NCBI GenBank assembly: GCA_028534125.1
Contig: CM052817.1
Location: 90,956,001 to 91,020,000, forward strand
DNA length: 64,000 bases
From: Lama glama
Taxonomy: Eukaryota
Direction: 5' to 3'
Every line of letters begins with the position of its first letter. Position 1 is the first letter of the stretch. Positions 25,964-38,000 of the stretch are shown here, piece by piece. The notes below the pieces were generated by a model. That model did not search any database. It was not told the DNA's origin and saw only the letters and a program-made list of their open reading frames with translations. Position numbers and translations under genes: made by a program.

Positions 25964-27031
25964 AGTAAATTTTAATTTAAAAAAATCATTTTCGTTAAGA
26001 TTCTCTTATTCCAGAACTCACAAACATTATAAAGCTACAGAATAATCCCCCAAAATTGCATTTATCAGTTAATATATTTCCTGGATTTTCTACAAAATTA
26101 CAGGCTCTCACCTGGCAGTGCAAGGCACTCTCCAACCAGCAAACAATGATAACAGCCCACCCAAAGCATAAATATCACTTGGTTGTTGCTGGTGATCATC
26201 TCTAGCTGTACTTCTTACCCCAAAGCCATTCTTTCAAAAAGTCCCATCAGTAAGTAGCATGAAATGATTAATTAAGCAGAAACATTCTTAATGAGACAGC
26301 CTTGAGAGGACCACACAGCTCTCCGCCCTCATAGAGGGACCTGACAAAAGCAAACAAAAAAGAAAAAAGAAAAGAAAACAAACAAAAATCCAAGCAACAA
26401 GCACTTCTCCATCTTTCGCCCCTTGTGAACCACCTGGCTGCCCCTGGTGCTGTTCCTGCTTCCCTCCCTTCCCCTAGAGCCAGAGTTCTTGGCCTCTCTC
26501 TGTCATCATTTTGTGGTCACTTGTCACTGGAGCCAGTTCCAGGCTGTGGTAAGGATGGAGTGTGCACTGGTCCTGCCAAGCCCAGGCTGAGGTGCCAGCC
26601 CACGCAGGCTGCAGCCCTCGGACAGGGGCCAGGACCAACAGGTTGTATTTCATTGTTCTCCCTGACTGCCTGAGGAGACACAGGAGGGGACAGCAAGAGA
26701 TAGAAAAGGGTTGCGTCTTGGCCCACAGGACCTGCATGAGGCTTCAAGAGGGTCTACCAGCTCTGCGGCCTATCCCTCAGCCAGCTCTCAGTCACCAGAA
26801 GAAAGAGCCAGATCTTCCAAGCATCACAGCCTATGTGTGGGGAGGGCAGTATCTCAGCTCCACGGGGATGGACTTGCCCAGGAAACCAGTTATGAAGAGG
26901 AATCTCCCTCACACTTGCACTGCAGGGCGAGAAGGCTGATGTGGGAAATCTAGAATGACCCCAATGGTCAAGCCCTTGGTGGCCAAGAGTGCAAGCTGCA
27001 GGGGAATGTCTAAAAGCATGAACGAGCCTTT

Positions 27032-27688
27032 TGGAGGATGTGGGGAAAAGGTAGCCTTCACACAGTGTTGGTAGGAATATAAATCAGTGCAGCCACTGTG
27101 GAAAACAGGATGGGGGTTTCTCTAAAAGCTAAAAATAGGACTACCATATGACCCAGGAATTCCACTCCTGGGTGTAGATCTGAAAAAACAAAAAACTGAT
27201 TTGAAAAGACACATGCACCCCAATGTTCACAGCAGCACTACTTACAATAGCCAAGATACGGAAGCAAGCAAAATGTACATCAAAAGATGAATAGATAAAG
27301 AAGATGTGGTATATATATACACAGTGGAATATTACTCAGCCATAAAAAGCAAAATTTTGCCATCTGCAGCAACAGGGGTGGATTTGTAGGGCATTGTGCT
27401 AAGTAAAATAAGTCAAAGACAAATACTGTATGATAATAGCACTTAAATACAGAATCTAAAAAATACAAAAAAACTGGTGAATAAGAAAAAAAGCAGCAGA
27501 CTTACAGATATAGAGAACAAACTAGTGGTTACCAGGGGGGAAGGGGCGTTGGGGGGATAATACAGGGGTAGGGGAAAGAAGAGATACTATGGGATTATAT
27601 GAAATCATGTGTGTGAAACTTCTGAAAATTGTAAAGCACTATAGCATTGAAAGAATCTTTCATTCAATAAAAAAGAAAAAGAAGAAAA
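27032..27688 (+). mobile_element. 5'-truncated L1 (end of ORF2, 3' UTR, A-rich tail)
   Basis: 'gcagccactgtggaaaacag', 'ccatatgacccaggaattccactcctggg', aataaa plus A-tail; TSD gagccttt (27024-27031, 27689-27696). Confidence 0.92.
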
Positions 27689-28417
27689 GAGCCTTTGGGG
27701 TGACTCTGAGGAGGGTTACTGGGGCCATGTTAGGTCTGTTTGTTCTGAGAGAGATCGAATATTCTGGAGAATCCTTTAACTTAATATAGAATTTCAATAC
27801 GTCTGCTGAAGTGGTTTCTAAGTCACGACCACCCACTGACAGCAGAGAGGCTGAGGACAAAAATTTACCTCAGAGGGTGGCTGTTAGTGTTTATGTCTGG
27901 CTGCAAAGAGAAGTAAATTGCAAATTTAATGATAAAACAGTTTGGAAGAGAGAAGGGTTTTTTTTTTTAATGAATTACAATAAATATCTATGAATCCAAG
28001 TATTCTCCCAGAGGTAGGATTTGAATTTTCCTAAATCAGCTAATGTCTTTGTCAATTTTTCATTTGTATCTGGCCCATGTCACATTTTAAAATCCATACC
28101 ACTTTCTATCTCTCCTTAATTGCTCCATGTGGGTAACTTGCATTTAAAACTAGTTCTTGTTGCCACTTGACCTTTAAAAGAAGATTAGAAAGCAAATTTT
28201 TCATCCTACAAAGCTACTATACTTCCATACACATGAAATAAATTACGAAGAACACAGTCAAACAGAAATTCAATTAATGTTTTTGCCATTTTCAAGCCTG
28301 TATGGGACTGAAAACAACTGTTTCGAGCCAAGGGAGAAAAAAAAGGAATCCAAAAGTGTACTGGTATTGCTTATTTATAAAAATGGATTTTCTAGGCTGC
28401 TTTTGCCCTTTGTTACT

Positions 28418-28848
28418 TCGGTTGGCAGAATAATGGCCCCCCAAAAATATCCACAGCCCTGATCCTTGGAATCTGTGAATATGTTGTCTTCTGCGGCGAA
28501 GGGGACTCTGCAGATGTGATTAAGTCAAGGACCTTGAGTTGGGAAGATTATCCTGGATAATCTGGTGGAGTCAATGTAAACACAAGGGTAACTGTAAGAG
28601 GGAAGCAGGGGAGTTGTTCAAAGAAGGAGCTGTCATGGTAGAAGCAGGGGGAGGGGTGATGTGATTGCTGGCCTTGAAGATGGAAGGGGCCCCCACTCAA
28701 GGAATTCAGGGGACGCAGCCCTGCTGACACTTGACTTCAGCCCCGTGAGACCCATTTTGGACTTCAGACCTCCAGAATTACAGAATAATACATTTGTGAT
28801 TGTGTAAGCTGCTAAGTTTGTGGTGATTTGTTTCAGCAGCAGCAGGGA
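28418..28848 (+). mobile_element. MaLR LTR (MLT1D-like)
   Basis: 'ggcagaataatggcccc', 'gcagatgtgattaag', 'gagacccattttggacttcagacctccagaa'. Confidence 0.85.
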
Positions 28849-29192
28849 TCCAGTCTCCAAGCCCCTTTTGAAAGTAATCCTCTCCACCATTCTCCAGGTT
28901 TTGAAAATTGACAACATAGTGATGGCCAAACAGTCAAAGTCCGTGATATTCCCAAGCATAATCAGAATCCAACACATACTTTGCCCACAGGTGCCAACTA
29001 CCAGCAGACGAACAAATTAACACTGAACATTTTATTTTTCAAAGTAAAACTCATTCAGGATTCATCACAGAGGGCACTGGAATGATGAGACCTGCTCACG
29101 TGAACTGACTCGGCACATATTTTGGTAATTTTATCATTTCCTCTGATTCTCTTCATTAACAAAGGGCGGCCAATTGACCCAGAAACAGGTTT

Positions 29193-29491
29193 CTTCTTTT
29201 GTTTGCTTTTGGGTTTTTTTTTTTAATTTATTGAAGCATAGTCGATTTACAATGTTGTGTTGATTTCTGGTGGACAGCATAGTGATTCAGTTATGCATAC
29301 ATTCTTTTTCAGATTCTTTTTCATTATATGTTATTACAAGATACTAAACCTAGTTCCCTGTGCTATACAGCAGGACCTTGTTGTTTATTTGTTTTGTACA
29401 TAGTAGTTAGTATCTGCTAATCCCAAACTCCTAATTTATCCCCCTCTTCCCTCCTCATAACCATAAGTTTGTTTTCTATGTCTGTGAGTCT
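29193..29491 (-). mobile_element. L1 3' UTR fragment, tandem unit 1
   Basis: Poly-T then 'ttgaagcatagtcgatttacaatgttgtg...gttccctgtgctatacag...tttgttttctatgtctgtgagtc'. Confidence 0.9.
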
Positions 29492-29504
29492 CAGAAACAG
29501 GTTT

Positions 29505-29573
29505 TTGTTTGTTTTATTTGAAGTATAGTTGATTTGCATGTTACTTTCAGGTGTACAGCATAGTGATTCAGTT

Positions 29574-29617
<44 letters not shown>

Positions 29618-29790
29618 TCTTTTTCAGATTCTTTTCCATTATAGGTTATTATGAGATATTGAATATAGTTCCCTATGCTCTACAGTAGGTCCTCGTTGTT
29701 TATCTGCTAATCCCAAACTCCTAATTTATCCCTCCCCCTATCCTTTCCCCTTTGGTAACCATAGGTTTGTTTTCCATGTCTGTGAGCCTG
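29505..29790 (-). mobile_element. L1 3' UTR fragment, tandem unit 2
   Basis: Same L1 segment as unit 1, ending 'tttgttttccatgtctgtgagcc'; contains a (TA)n expansion. Confidence 0.9.
29582..29612. repeat. (AT)n microsatellite
   Basis: About 15 uninterrupted AT units within the L1 fragment. Confidence 0.95.
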
Positions 29791-30874
29791 CAAAAACAGG
29801 GTTTTTTAGCGAGGGAGAAAGCCCCACTAAAATGGACTTCCTGATATGCACTTCTACCAGATGAATCAGAAGTTATTTTGTTGCAACAAACAGAAGAGAT
29901 GCGTGCATCCCAGACCGCAAAGACCACGAAAGAGATGAGCGTGAGGGGAAGTCATCCTGTAGTGCGTACCTCCTGCCACGAGGCAAGACGATTACCAGGC
30001 CTCCCCCTGGGAGGGGAAACCAGGTGTCTGACTTGCTGTGGGCAGCCCTGCCTTTAGACTGAACTCATAACTGTGGACTCTCCCTAGGCCACTCAGGAAG
30101 AAGACGCCAGGATGTAATGTCCCAGTGCGAACAGCTATCAGATATCCTTCTCTTCTACAACCAAGGTCCTGGACGCTCCACCGATGCACAGGTACTGACT
30201 CTGATATTTGAACGTGGGAAATACTCAGTTTCTTGAAGGATATTTTGGTCTTCCCAAGCCCCCCTGAAATATTAAACTCCTAGAAGCTTCACTTTTTGGT
30301 AAAGTTTCACTTTCCAAAGAGTTTAGGTTGTGTTTCTCTATCCACTTTGATTTCTTGGTTTTGAGATTAAGGGTGTCTTGAGAGCTGGCAGGAGCAAGAA
30401 GGATGTTTGGAAGGGAGAGGAGGTGGACAATGAAGAAGCAGCAAGGGATGTACTCAAGCAATCAGACAAACAGACCCTCTGTCTCGGGGCTCAGGTGGGG
30501 AGGGGAGAGCTGCACCCTGCCTGTAGCCCAGGGCAGGGCCAGTGAAGCAGACACCTCCAGCTCTGAGGGAGAGACAAAACCCTGCTTTCTCTCAAAGCAG
30601 TGAGTACCAAAGAGGAGGCCATGTCCATCTCATTAGGAATAATGGGGAGAAATTGCTTACAATCATCTCTAATGGGTGGCCAGTTTTCTGACAATGGGCT
30701 CAGCAATTAGTTTGCCAATTTTTAACCAAATGCAAAAATAATAATCATCTGCTGAGTGAGCCTTTGCTCTGTCCTCCCACCTTTCACCTGAGGCTCAGGC
30801 CCCGGGCACCCTGTTCAGGTCTTTGGGTAATTGCTACGCCCACGTTTTTTTTAAGAGAATTATTTTTATTCCAA

Positions 30875-31157
30875 TAAGGAAGATATTCTTAATTGACATA
30901 CAAAATCCAGAAACCATGAGAAAAGACTGACTAATCTGAATACATAAAATTTTTAATTCTATATTAAGTAAAAGATACCCTACGTAATATTAAAGAGACA
31001 CAAGCAACTTAAAGAAAATACTTGCAACATATTTAACAAATAATTGTTATTACAGTATTTGAAGGTTTCTTGCAAATCAATTAGAAAAATATCAACAATC
31101 CAACAGGAAAATGGGCAAAAGATATGAATAATCAGTACATAAAAACAATGTATAACT
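30875..31157 (+). mobile_element. Ancient L1 (L1ME-like) ORF2 fragment
   Basis: 'caaaatccagaaaccat', 'caaatcaattagaaaaat...aaaatgggcaaaagatatgaa'. Confidence 0.7.
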
Positions 31158-32384
31158 AGTCGATAAACATAAGAAATTATTCTCTGCTTCTCGCCCACTT
31201 TTGACCAAAGGACTCATCCACCTCATTCATACAAGGTCTCTCAGGAAATCCAGTGGAAAATCCTCGACACTCACCCTTTCCTAGCTTGGTTCCCCTAAAC
31301 CCTCCAAAAAATACATTTTCCCTCCGCTTTGAACCAGACGCCTTGGTTACAGCCTGGGCTGAACCAGAGATCAGCATTTTAAAACATCTGACCTCTGACT
31401 TCCTTATATTAAGTGAATTTCATGATTAAGAAGGTGTGGCTGCTGAGAAAAATCTCTCCATCTTGCTTTCCAGTCCTCTGACTGTCATAAGAAGACAGCA
31501 CAGCTCTGTCTGACCCTGGTGGGGAGCTGACAAGCCCAGATAAGACCTTCAGGGGACAGGCTGGCGGTACCTGGATGAGAAGGGAGCAGCCAGAGGAGAG
31601 GGAGGTGGCATCCAAATATGCTCCTGAAACAAACGGCCAGGTGGTCCATGAACTGAACAGGCGACAAGGACCTGCATGAACAGCCTGGCTGGTTCTAGCC
31701 ATGAAATTTCTAGCAAATGCTTTCAATGCCTTTGTGTTCCTTTTTTTCTCCGGAGAGAAAATAATGACAAAACCGATGACCACCTCTCCCCCGAGCATTG
31801 GAGAGGAAGTGCTCCAGGAATTCAAAGCCCAGTGACCATCTTATTAATAATTCCCCTGCACTGGCTGCACTCTGTCCAAGGTCCAGATGTTTGCCAGGTG
31901 TCCTTCCCCCCTCGTCACCATGGTGGACCACAGACTGAGGGGCTGGAGAGGGTGTCCTGGCCAAGGACACATGAGAAACCAGCAAATTCCAGAGCAAATT
32001 CCTCTTCTCCCTCCTGAAGCTTATAAGAGAATGTACTTCTCTGAGAACGCACTTCTTTAGAAAGAAAAAGGGTGTGATGGGAAAGCAGGAAAGTCCACGG
32101 CTACGACAGTTCCTCTTTTCACCAGATTTGCTTTTCTCACACAGCTTGCCCCCAATTCTCCACTCCTCTTGCAAGTGTCCCTCGGATAAAATAAACTACT
32201 AAGAGTTCATTTTACCCTCTGCCAGGAGCTATGATGACATTACCATGTTATCAGGAAACTTTTCTGACCAGCCTGTGAAAAACCCCGACACCATGATTCT
32301 ATCTGCACCCTTCGTGGTTCATAATAAGTTGTCATTAGATGCTTGTTTACTTATTTGTCACTTCCACAATAGTGGAAGTGGGGT

Positions 32385-32515
32385 GTGAGTCTACCCATTC
32401 TACGGGAGAGAAGCCTGAGTCTCTTGAGAACTGGAGTGGTTTTTCAAGGCCACAAAGCTAAATAACTGTGGAGGCCAGGAGACAAGACCAGACCTCTTGG
32501 ACTCTAACCCTGGAC
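32385..32515 (-). mobile_element. MIR fragment
   Basis: 'cccattctacgggagagaagcctgag...caaggccacaaagctaa'. Confidence 0.6.
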
Positions 32516-34461
32516 CATCTTCATCAATGCAGGATATTCTCCCTCTGTCCATCAGCCAACCCCATCCCTCCCATGCTATTAAAAGAAGCTCAAGGTCCCT
32601 CTCCTCCTTGAAGCTTTGTCATTAATTTCTCCACAATTGCTGACCTTTTTAGTAGACCCTCATATTTACTTACATAATAGCGTACATGTAGGCTATTTGT
32701 CTACCTGAGTTATAGGATGATTAAAAAAGAAAGGAAAGTGGAGGGAGGGAGGTCAGGAAGAGAAAATGGAAGTAAATGGATTTCAGAACAGGAGGAGGTA
32801 CTTGTGCAATGCGGCCTTGAGAGAGATAAAGGATGCTGAGGAGAGAGGGCAGCTAAGGTTCGAAAATGCATCCTACCCATCAGGAGGAAGGAGCTGGGAC
32901 ATACAGATTCACATTCACAAGGGGGTAGGGGCTCATGCTGCCTGGTCCTGCTACATTCCAGCACAGAGTTGCGTGGATGGACATCAGTGATGCAACCCTG
33001 GATACTGAGCAGGGGGAGAGGAGAAACTCATGGCTTAGGGAGAGATTTTTCCTAAGCTACACCAAACCATGGCACCCAACTAAGGCTCCCCACACTTTTT
33101 CTATTGGAAGCATGCCAATCCCTAAGGGTTCAAGTCTACAAGCAGCCTGGGATGGGGATGGAGGGGGATGAGGAGTGGGCAAAGGCAACAGACTATAAAG
33201 TCAAAAGGGCAGAAACCCTGCCCATTATTAACACACACCTGAAATATTTAGAGCAGGGTTTTGCCATATCTGCTAAGCTATGTGTTTTCCTATAAACCCC
33301 GGCTGAACCCCTGACCATTTGCACTTTAGCAGAGGACTCTAATATGCTCCGACACAGAGAAAATGAGTTCTTCACACTCCCTGCCTCCTGTATCTCAAGA
33401 CAGCACAATGACCTCTTCAGATCTCTTTACTCCACCCCATTTGAGGTGCTTAGCTATCTCCAGAGTGAGCAGGGAAAAGTAGGACTTAAGATGCAAAGTG
33501 GAAAATAGCTCTCTGGCTATTGCACAGTGTCATTTTAGTGCGGCAAGATTTCAGGAGCACCTGCACATGCAAATTGAACCCAATAACAGCATAATGAAAA
33601 TCTAGAATCATTTATGGATCAAACGCTTCCATTGCCATCTTAACAGAGGTGGGCCCATCCCTTGGTCCACATTACACAGAACAAAAGAGATATCAAGAAT
33701 CACCTATTTTCCAATTCTTTATTCTGTTACACTTGGGAACAGAAGCTGACAAGGACCCTTTTCAGCAAGGGATTATGTATCACACCAGAGAAGCACATAA
33801 AAGACAAATTATCCCTGAGATCATCGTGCCTGCATTGACCTGCTTAAGGTTTAAAGGCGGCTGCAATTAGATGCCCTGGTCATAGCTGCACTGGGTGCTC
33901 AGAACGCCTGTATTTACTTTAATCCTGCAGAAATGAACTGGGATGAATTCGGTAGGCATAGACTTGGTCTAAGTTTGAATTCTGTGGGTCTGATTCAGAT
34001 TTCTGGGAGCTGAGTAATTTGCTGTTGTTAACAAGATCTTTCTCAGTTTCTGCAGTGTTTACAATATAAGATCTAATTTGGGCTGAAAATGCTCATGAAA
34101 ATTAACTGCATTACTTTAAAAAATGCAATGGGGGAGAGACGGAGAGGGAAAATGGTGGCACGTGCCACGAACTTACCACGTTTGCACATTTGCCAGAGTC
34201 CTCCCAGCTGCTGGCGACTGACAATCACAGACGCTACCGCCCCAGCCCTCCAGTCAGACCTGACTCTCCTACCTGGGGATGTATTAAGAGATCTGTTTTA
34301 CTATTTGTCATAAGAGACATTGAAAATCTCCTTGGAATGGGAGCATTGAGGTTTTATTTATTTTAGGGCTTAAAAAGTCTACAAGATCCCTGAAACAAAG
34401 CTTATGAAGCACCATGGAAATGACTGGAATATGAATGACTTTCATGGTGCCTTTTTTCTAT

Positions 34462-34650
34462 AATAATAGTAGCTTTCACGTACTGAGTGCTTTCACATGC
34501 CAGGCTCCATCCTGAGCACTTCCCTTACACCAGTCCCCAACAACCTGATGAGGAGGTTGAAGTTCAGCGCTGGGAAGTAATCTTCCCAAGCCACACAGCT
34601 ACTCAACAGCAGATCCAGAATTCAAGCATGGCTGAACTGGCCCTCAGCCC
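34462..34650 (-). mobile_element. MIR fragment
   Basis: 'ataatagtagct...tactgagtgctttcacatgccaggc...cccaagccacacagcta'. Confidence 0.65.
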
Positions 34651-35526
34651 CCTCACCCATCGCTCTGATATGCTGTTTGCTCTAAACTGCTTCTTACACT
34701 ACCCAACCCCCACTACCCCCCAAAATTAGAGAAGCTCCATTAGATTATGACAGCCACATCCCCTACATATAAATCATACTTAAAATACCTTTCATGCACC
34801 AGTTTAATAAAAGCCAGCCAGGCAAATTTCAAGCCTATAATGCAAAGGACAGATCAGTCCAAACAGATTCCAGAAACATGGGTGTGGACTTAAAAAAAAA
34901 AAAAAGCCAGCTTACTCAGTGCACAGTGAGTTAGTGTGTTGCTTCCAGGAAAGGTCAGCTGACTATCTTCACAGAGACCAGGATCCTCCAGCCAGAGGTT
35001 TAATTTCATCACTATACAAAGAGTGGACCTAGGTCTATCTCAGAGGTAGACGAGGAATAATTCTGTATAAAGCCAGAATTCCAAAGCATTAATTTCCAAC
35101 AAAAATTGATCTCCCACAATGGAACACTCTACACCTCCATCTCCCCTTACCCTGACCTACAGGAAGTCAGCCCATAACCAGAAAAGGATTGGTGAACATG
35201 GAACCAGAATGTGTGTCCTCAGATGCAGGTTTAATGGCATCTCATGAGGACAGCTTATCAGAGAGTCTAGTTCCCCAGTAGGGACAGCCTTGGTAATGAG
35301 ACCTAAATTCAATGGGCTGGGGCTTCCTCCTCCTTGGACAAGACTTTAACGTGGGGAGATTTCTGTGATCCTCTTTGTTCTCTCTACCCATGCCTGAACC
35401 ACCCTCCTTCTCACTAAGAAATTTTGTCAGGTTATAACCAAATGCTCACTTTCCTGAGAGTCGGTCTGTCTTTATCAAATGATGTTCATATACTTGTATT
35501 CTGTTCTCACAGGGGTGAATTTTAAG

Positions 35527-35725
35527 GGTGTCCAAGTTAGGTTCCTGGGGAAGCCAACTTTGAGAGAGGACATTTGACAAGAGTGCTCTTGGGATCGCCT
35601 CTGGTACAAGGCAGGAAGGAAACACGAGTGGACAGATGGAGGCGCTGGGCAGCAAACCAGTGCCACGGAATACCTCAGCCCACCCCGCAGGGAGCTCTGG
35701 AGCTGGGATGACCCTTCAGAGTTGT
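35527..35725 (-). mobile_element. LTR16-family (ERVL) LTR fragment
   Basis: 'cctcagcccaccccgcagggagctctggagctgggatgacccttcagagttgt'. Confidence 0.6.
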
Positions 35726-36622
35726 TGTTTTTTGTTTGTTTGTTTGTTTTTGTTTTGAACACTCAGTTTAGTTTAACACAGGCACAAGTACAAACAATTC
35801 CCAAAAATTTCTAGGGAAGATGCTTTGTTTTTAAAACTCTGATCCTTAAAAAAAAAAAAAAAAATCCTTGCAATGCTCCCCCACCTCCCCGCCCCGCCAA
35901 AGCAGGCCACTAGGGAGCAGAAGAATCTAAAAATATTATCTAGATAGGGTCCGAAAACCAGTTCTCCCCTGAGATTCCCTGTCTCCCAACAGCCCTTAAG
36001 GTGGGGAGGGGAGGCCAATAAGGAGACAGGGGTCTGAGGAGGCAGCGAGAGGCAGGTGGCTCACACAAACGGGGTACCCATTCTCTTGACCTTGTGGAAC
36101 CCCGGGAGCCGGTTCACCTCAGGATTTTGAAGAAGGGGTCTCTGACGACCTGGTTATTGAGATGAAGCTCACAGGTAAAACAGTCCCGAGGTTGGGGGGA
36201 GGTGGTCACGCCTCTATCCTCCTCAGTCCCGGGCTGTCGCCCACCCGGAAAGCGGGCGGGCGAGGAGGCTCTCTGGCGGGAGCAATCCCCAAAGGCAGCT
36301 GAGGCCTGAGCTCTCTGTCAGCAGCATTCGAGTGGCTAGGGAACTAAGTCCTTGACTCCTGGAAGGGTTAATGTGCAACACATCATAGCATCCCCCACAA
36401 GAGACAACCCTAAATTCCTGCAGAAAACCTCACTCAGTCCCTCCAAACTGAAGACCAGAGAAGAACCGAAGAGTTAACTGGAGCGGGGAGGGCTAGCCCG
36501 GTTTCAAGTCCGCTCAGCCTCGGGAGCTCAGAAGGATACAGTCTGCCCCAGTCTCCCGCTCCCCCAGTCTCCCCTCCAGTCATTCTGACCTTCCGTCCAT
36601 CCCTCCTAAGGTTCTCGCTCAC

Positions 36623-36660
36623 CTCAGGACGTGCCCAGACGCCATGCTGCTCGCTCAGCC
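36623..36660 (-). other. Candidate first exon of an unidentified minus-strand transcript
   Basis: Just downstream of the GC boxes: gcagcATGG (ATG at 36645-36643, A at -3, G at +4), 23 nt reading MASGHVL+AG, then consensus donor GAG|gtgagc; start site unknown. Confidence 0.45.
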
Positions 36661-36665
36661 CGTGA

Positions 36666-36713
36666 CGCCCCGCACGCCCCGCCCCGCACGCCCCGCCCCG
36701 CACGCCCCGCCCC
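36666..36713. repeat. 14-bp GC-rich minisatellite (CGCCCCGCCCCGCA, about 3.4 copies)
   Basis: cgccccgca-cgccccgccccgca-cgccccgccccgca-cgccccgcccc. Confidence 0.95.
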
Positions 36714-37992
36714 TGAATCCCACTCCCGTCAGTCAGGTGTCAGCACCTCCCCCGGAGAGAGAAAGGCCTCCTCCCGCTGAATGATCCCACAGCTCCCTTC
36801 ACCTCGCTATCCTGGGTAGTTCTATTTATTTCTAGACCATCCCACCTAACGCCTACCCATCAGCTTGGTACCAAGGGTCGGTGTCTGCTTTATTCACCAG
36901 TGCTTGGCCCAGAGCCTGGGAACTATAGGCACTGAAGAACACTAAGTGAAGGAATGAAAAAAAAAAAAAAAAAAGAGTGAGTGAGCGAAAGCATTTATAA
37001 ATGAATTCTAGCAATTAGAGTGAGTGAGTAGGGCCCAGAATAGACCTCCAGTTCTAAGATGGCTCTAAAAATGATCCCAAAACAGAGACAACCCTCCCAA
37101 AGCTGGGTTAGGTGCCCCAGACAAATGTTGCAGCAGCGCCATACTGCGGCCACAGCACTCCATACGTTGCCTGTTCACTGTCCCTAATACGTTGTACCAA
37201 CCATTTTTTCTTATTTTTTTTAATTTGTATGTCTCCATGGTAACAGAGCCATCACTCAACAAATGTATCCTTTTCTCCTGCAAATAAATAATATTTTCCT
37301 CAAGGAAGAAAATGGTAACACATTTATTTACTTTGATAAGTAACCTATCTTGGGAGCTTCCAAGAAAATTCATACTTCCTTTTCCATGTCTCTCCTTCTT
37401 TGAAGACGTATCCAAGAATGAAAGTTTTCCATCAAGGAAGAATAAAAGTCTAGAAAAGCTTTCAGTGAAATGAAAACGTGAGTGACAAATCCAGGAGAAG
37501 GATTTCAGTCAGCCTTTTTCCTGAACCAAAGAAAAACGTGAGATTGTGCTTCCTCACCCTAAATTTCCCAGTGCCTTGCTTCTAAGACATCCTTAGACAC
37601 GTCTACTGCTTGGGCCAATTTTTCAAACAGAATAAACCCCGTTGACCCCTGGCCAGATACCATCCATAACTTCATGACCCTTAAGTCATCCTGGAACCCC
37701 ATCCCTGCAGGCACCGGGAGCTACCTCTACTTTCCCTTTTCGGGTTTCCTCTGAGAATGAGGCACCTCATCTCTCTAATGCTCCTGGAAACCACAGAGTA
37801 GCAATGAAATCGCCCTGTACTTCCCAGCCCGTGGGCATTCACAGAGAAGAAAAGGAGCCCTCCTTTTCAGCTCTGACCTGAAGCATCTTTGAAACAGTGA
37901 GGGGTCAATTTATTTAGGACTTAATGATCTGCTCAACTTTCTATTTTCCTTCCCTATAACTAATTTTAGCACAATGATGTCATACACGAGCA

Positions 37993-38000
37993 TGACGTCA
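37993..38000. promoter_or_regulatory. Palindromic CRE (TGACGTCA)
   Basis: Intact CpG-containing CRE about 1.3 kb from the GC-box repeat; function not shown. Confidence 0.4.

Larger units (their letters stand above)
36040..36800. promoter_or_regulatory. Small CpG island / putative promoter
   Basis: Most GC- and CpG-dense stretch in the window; repeated GC boxes (GGGGCGGGG on minus) and a TGACG half-CRE at 36663-36667. Confidence 0.7.

Noticed and set aside
27827..27835. Perfect GLI site GACCACCCA
   Set aside because: Isolated 9-mer, expected about 0.5 times per window by chance
28898..28990. Possible 93-nt plus-strand exon (VLKIDNIVMAKQ...)
   Set aside because: Weak donor (CAG|gtgcca), unrecognised peptide and no partner exons
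36336..36447. Acceptor at 36447 (minus) giving MASGHVLSLEGLSEVF...
   Set aside because: Good-looking acceptor, but the frame stops after about 44 codons; the brief SLEGLS resemblance to LRMDA does not extend
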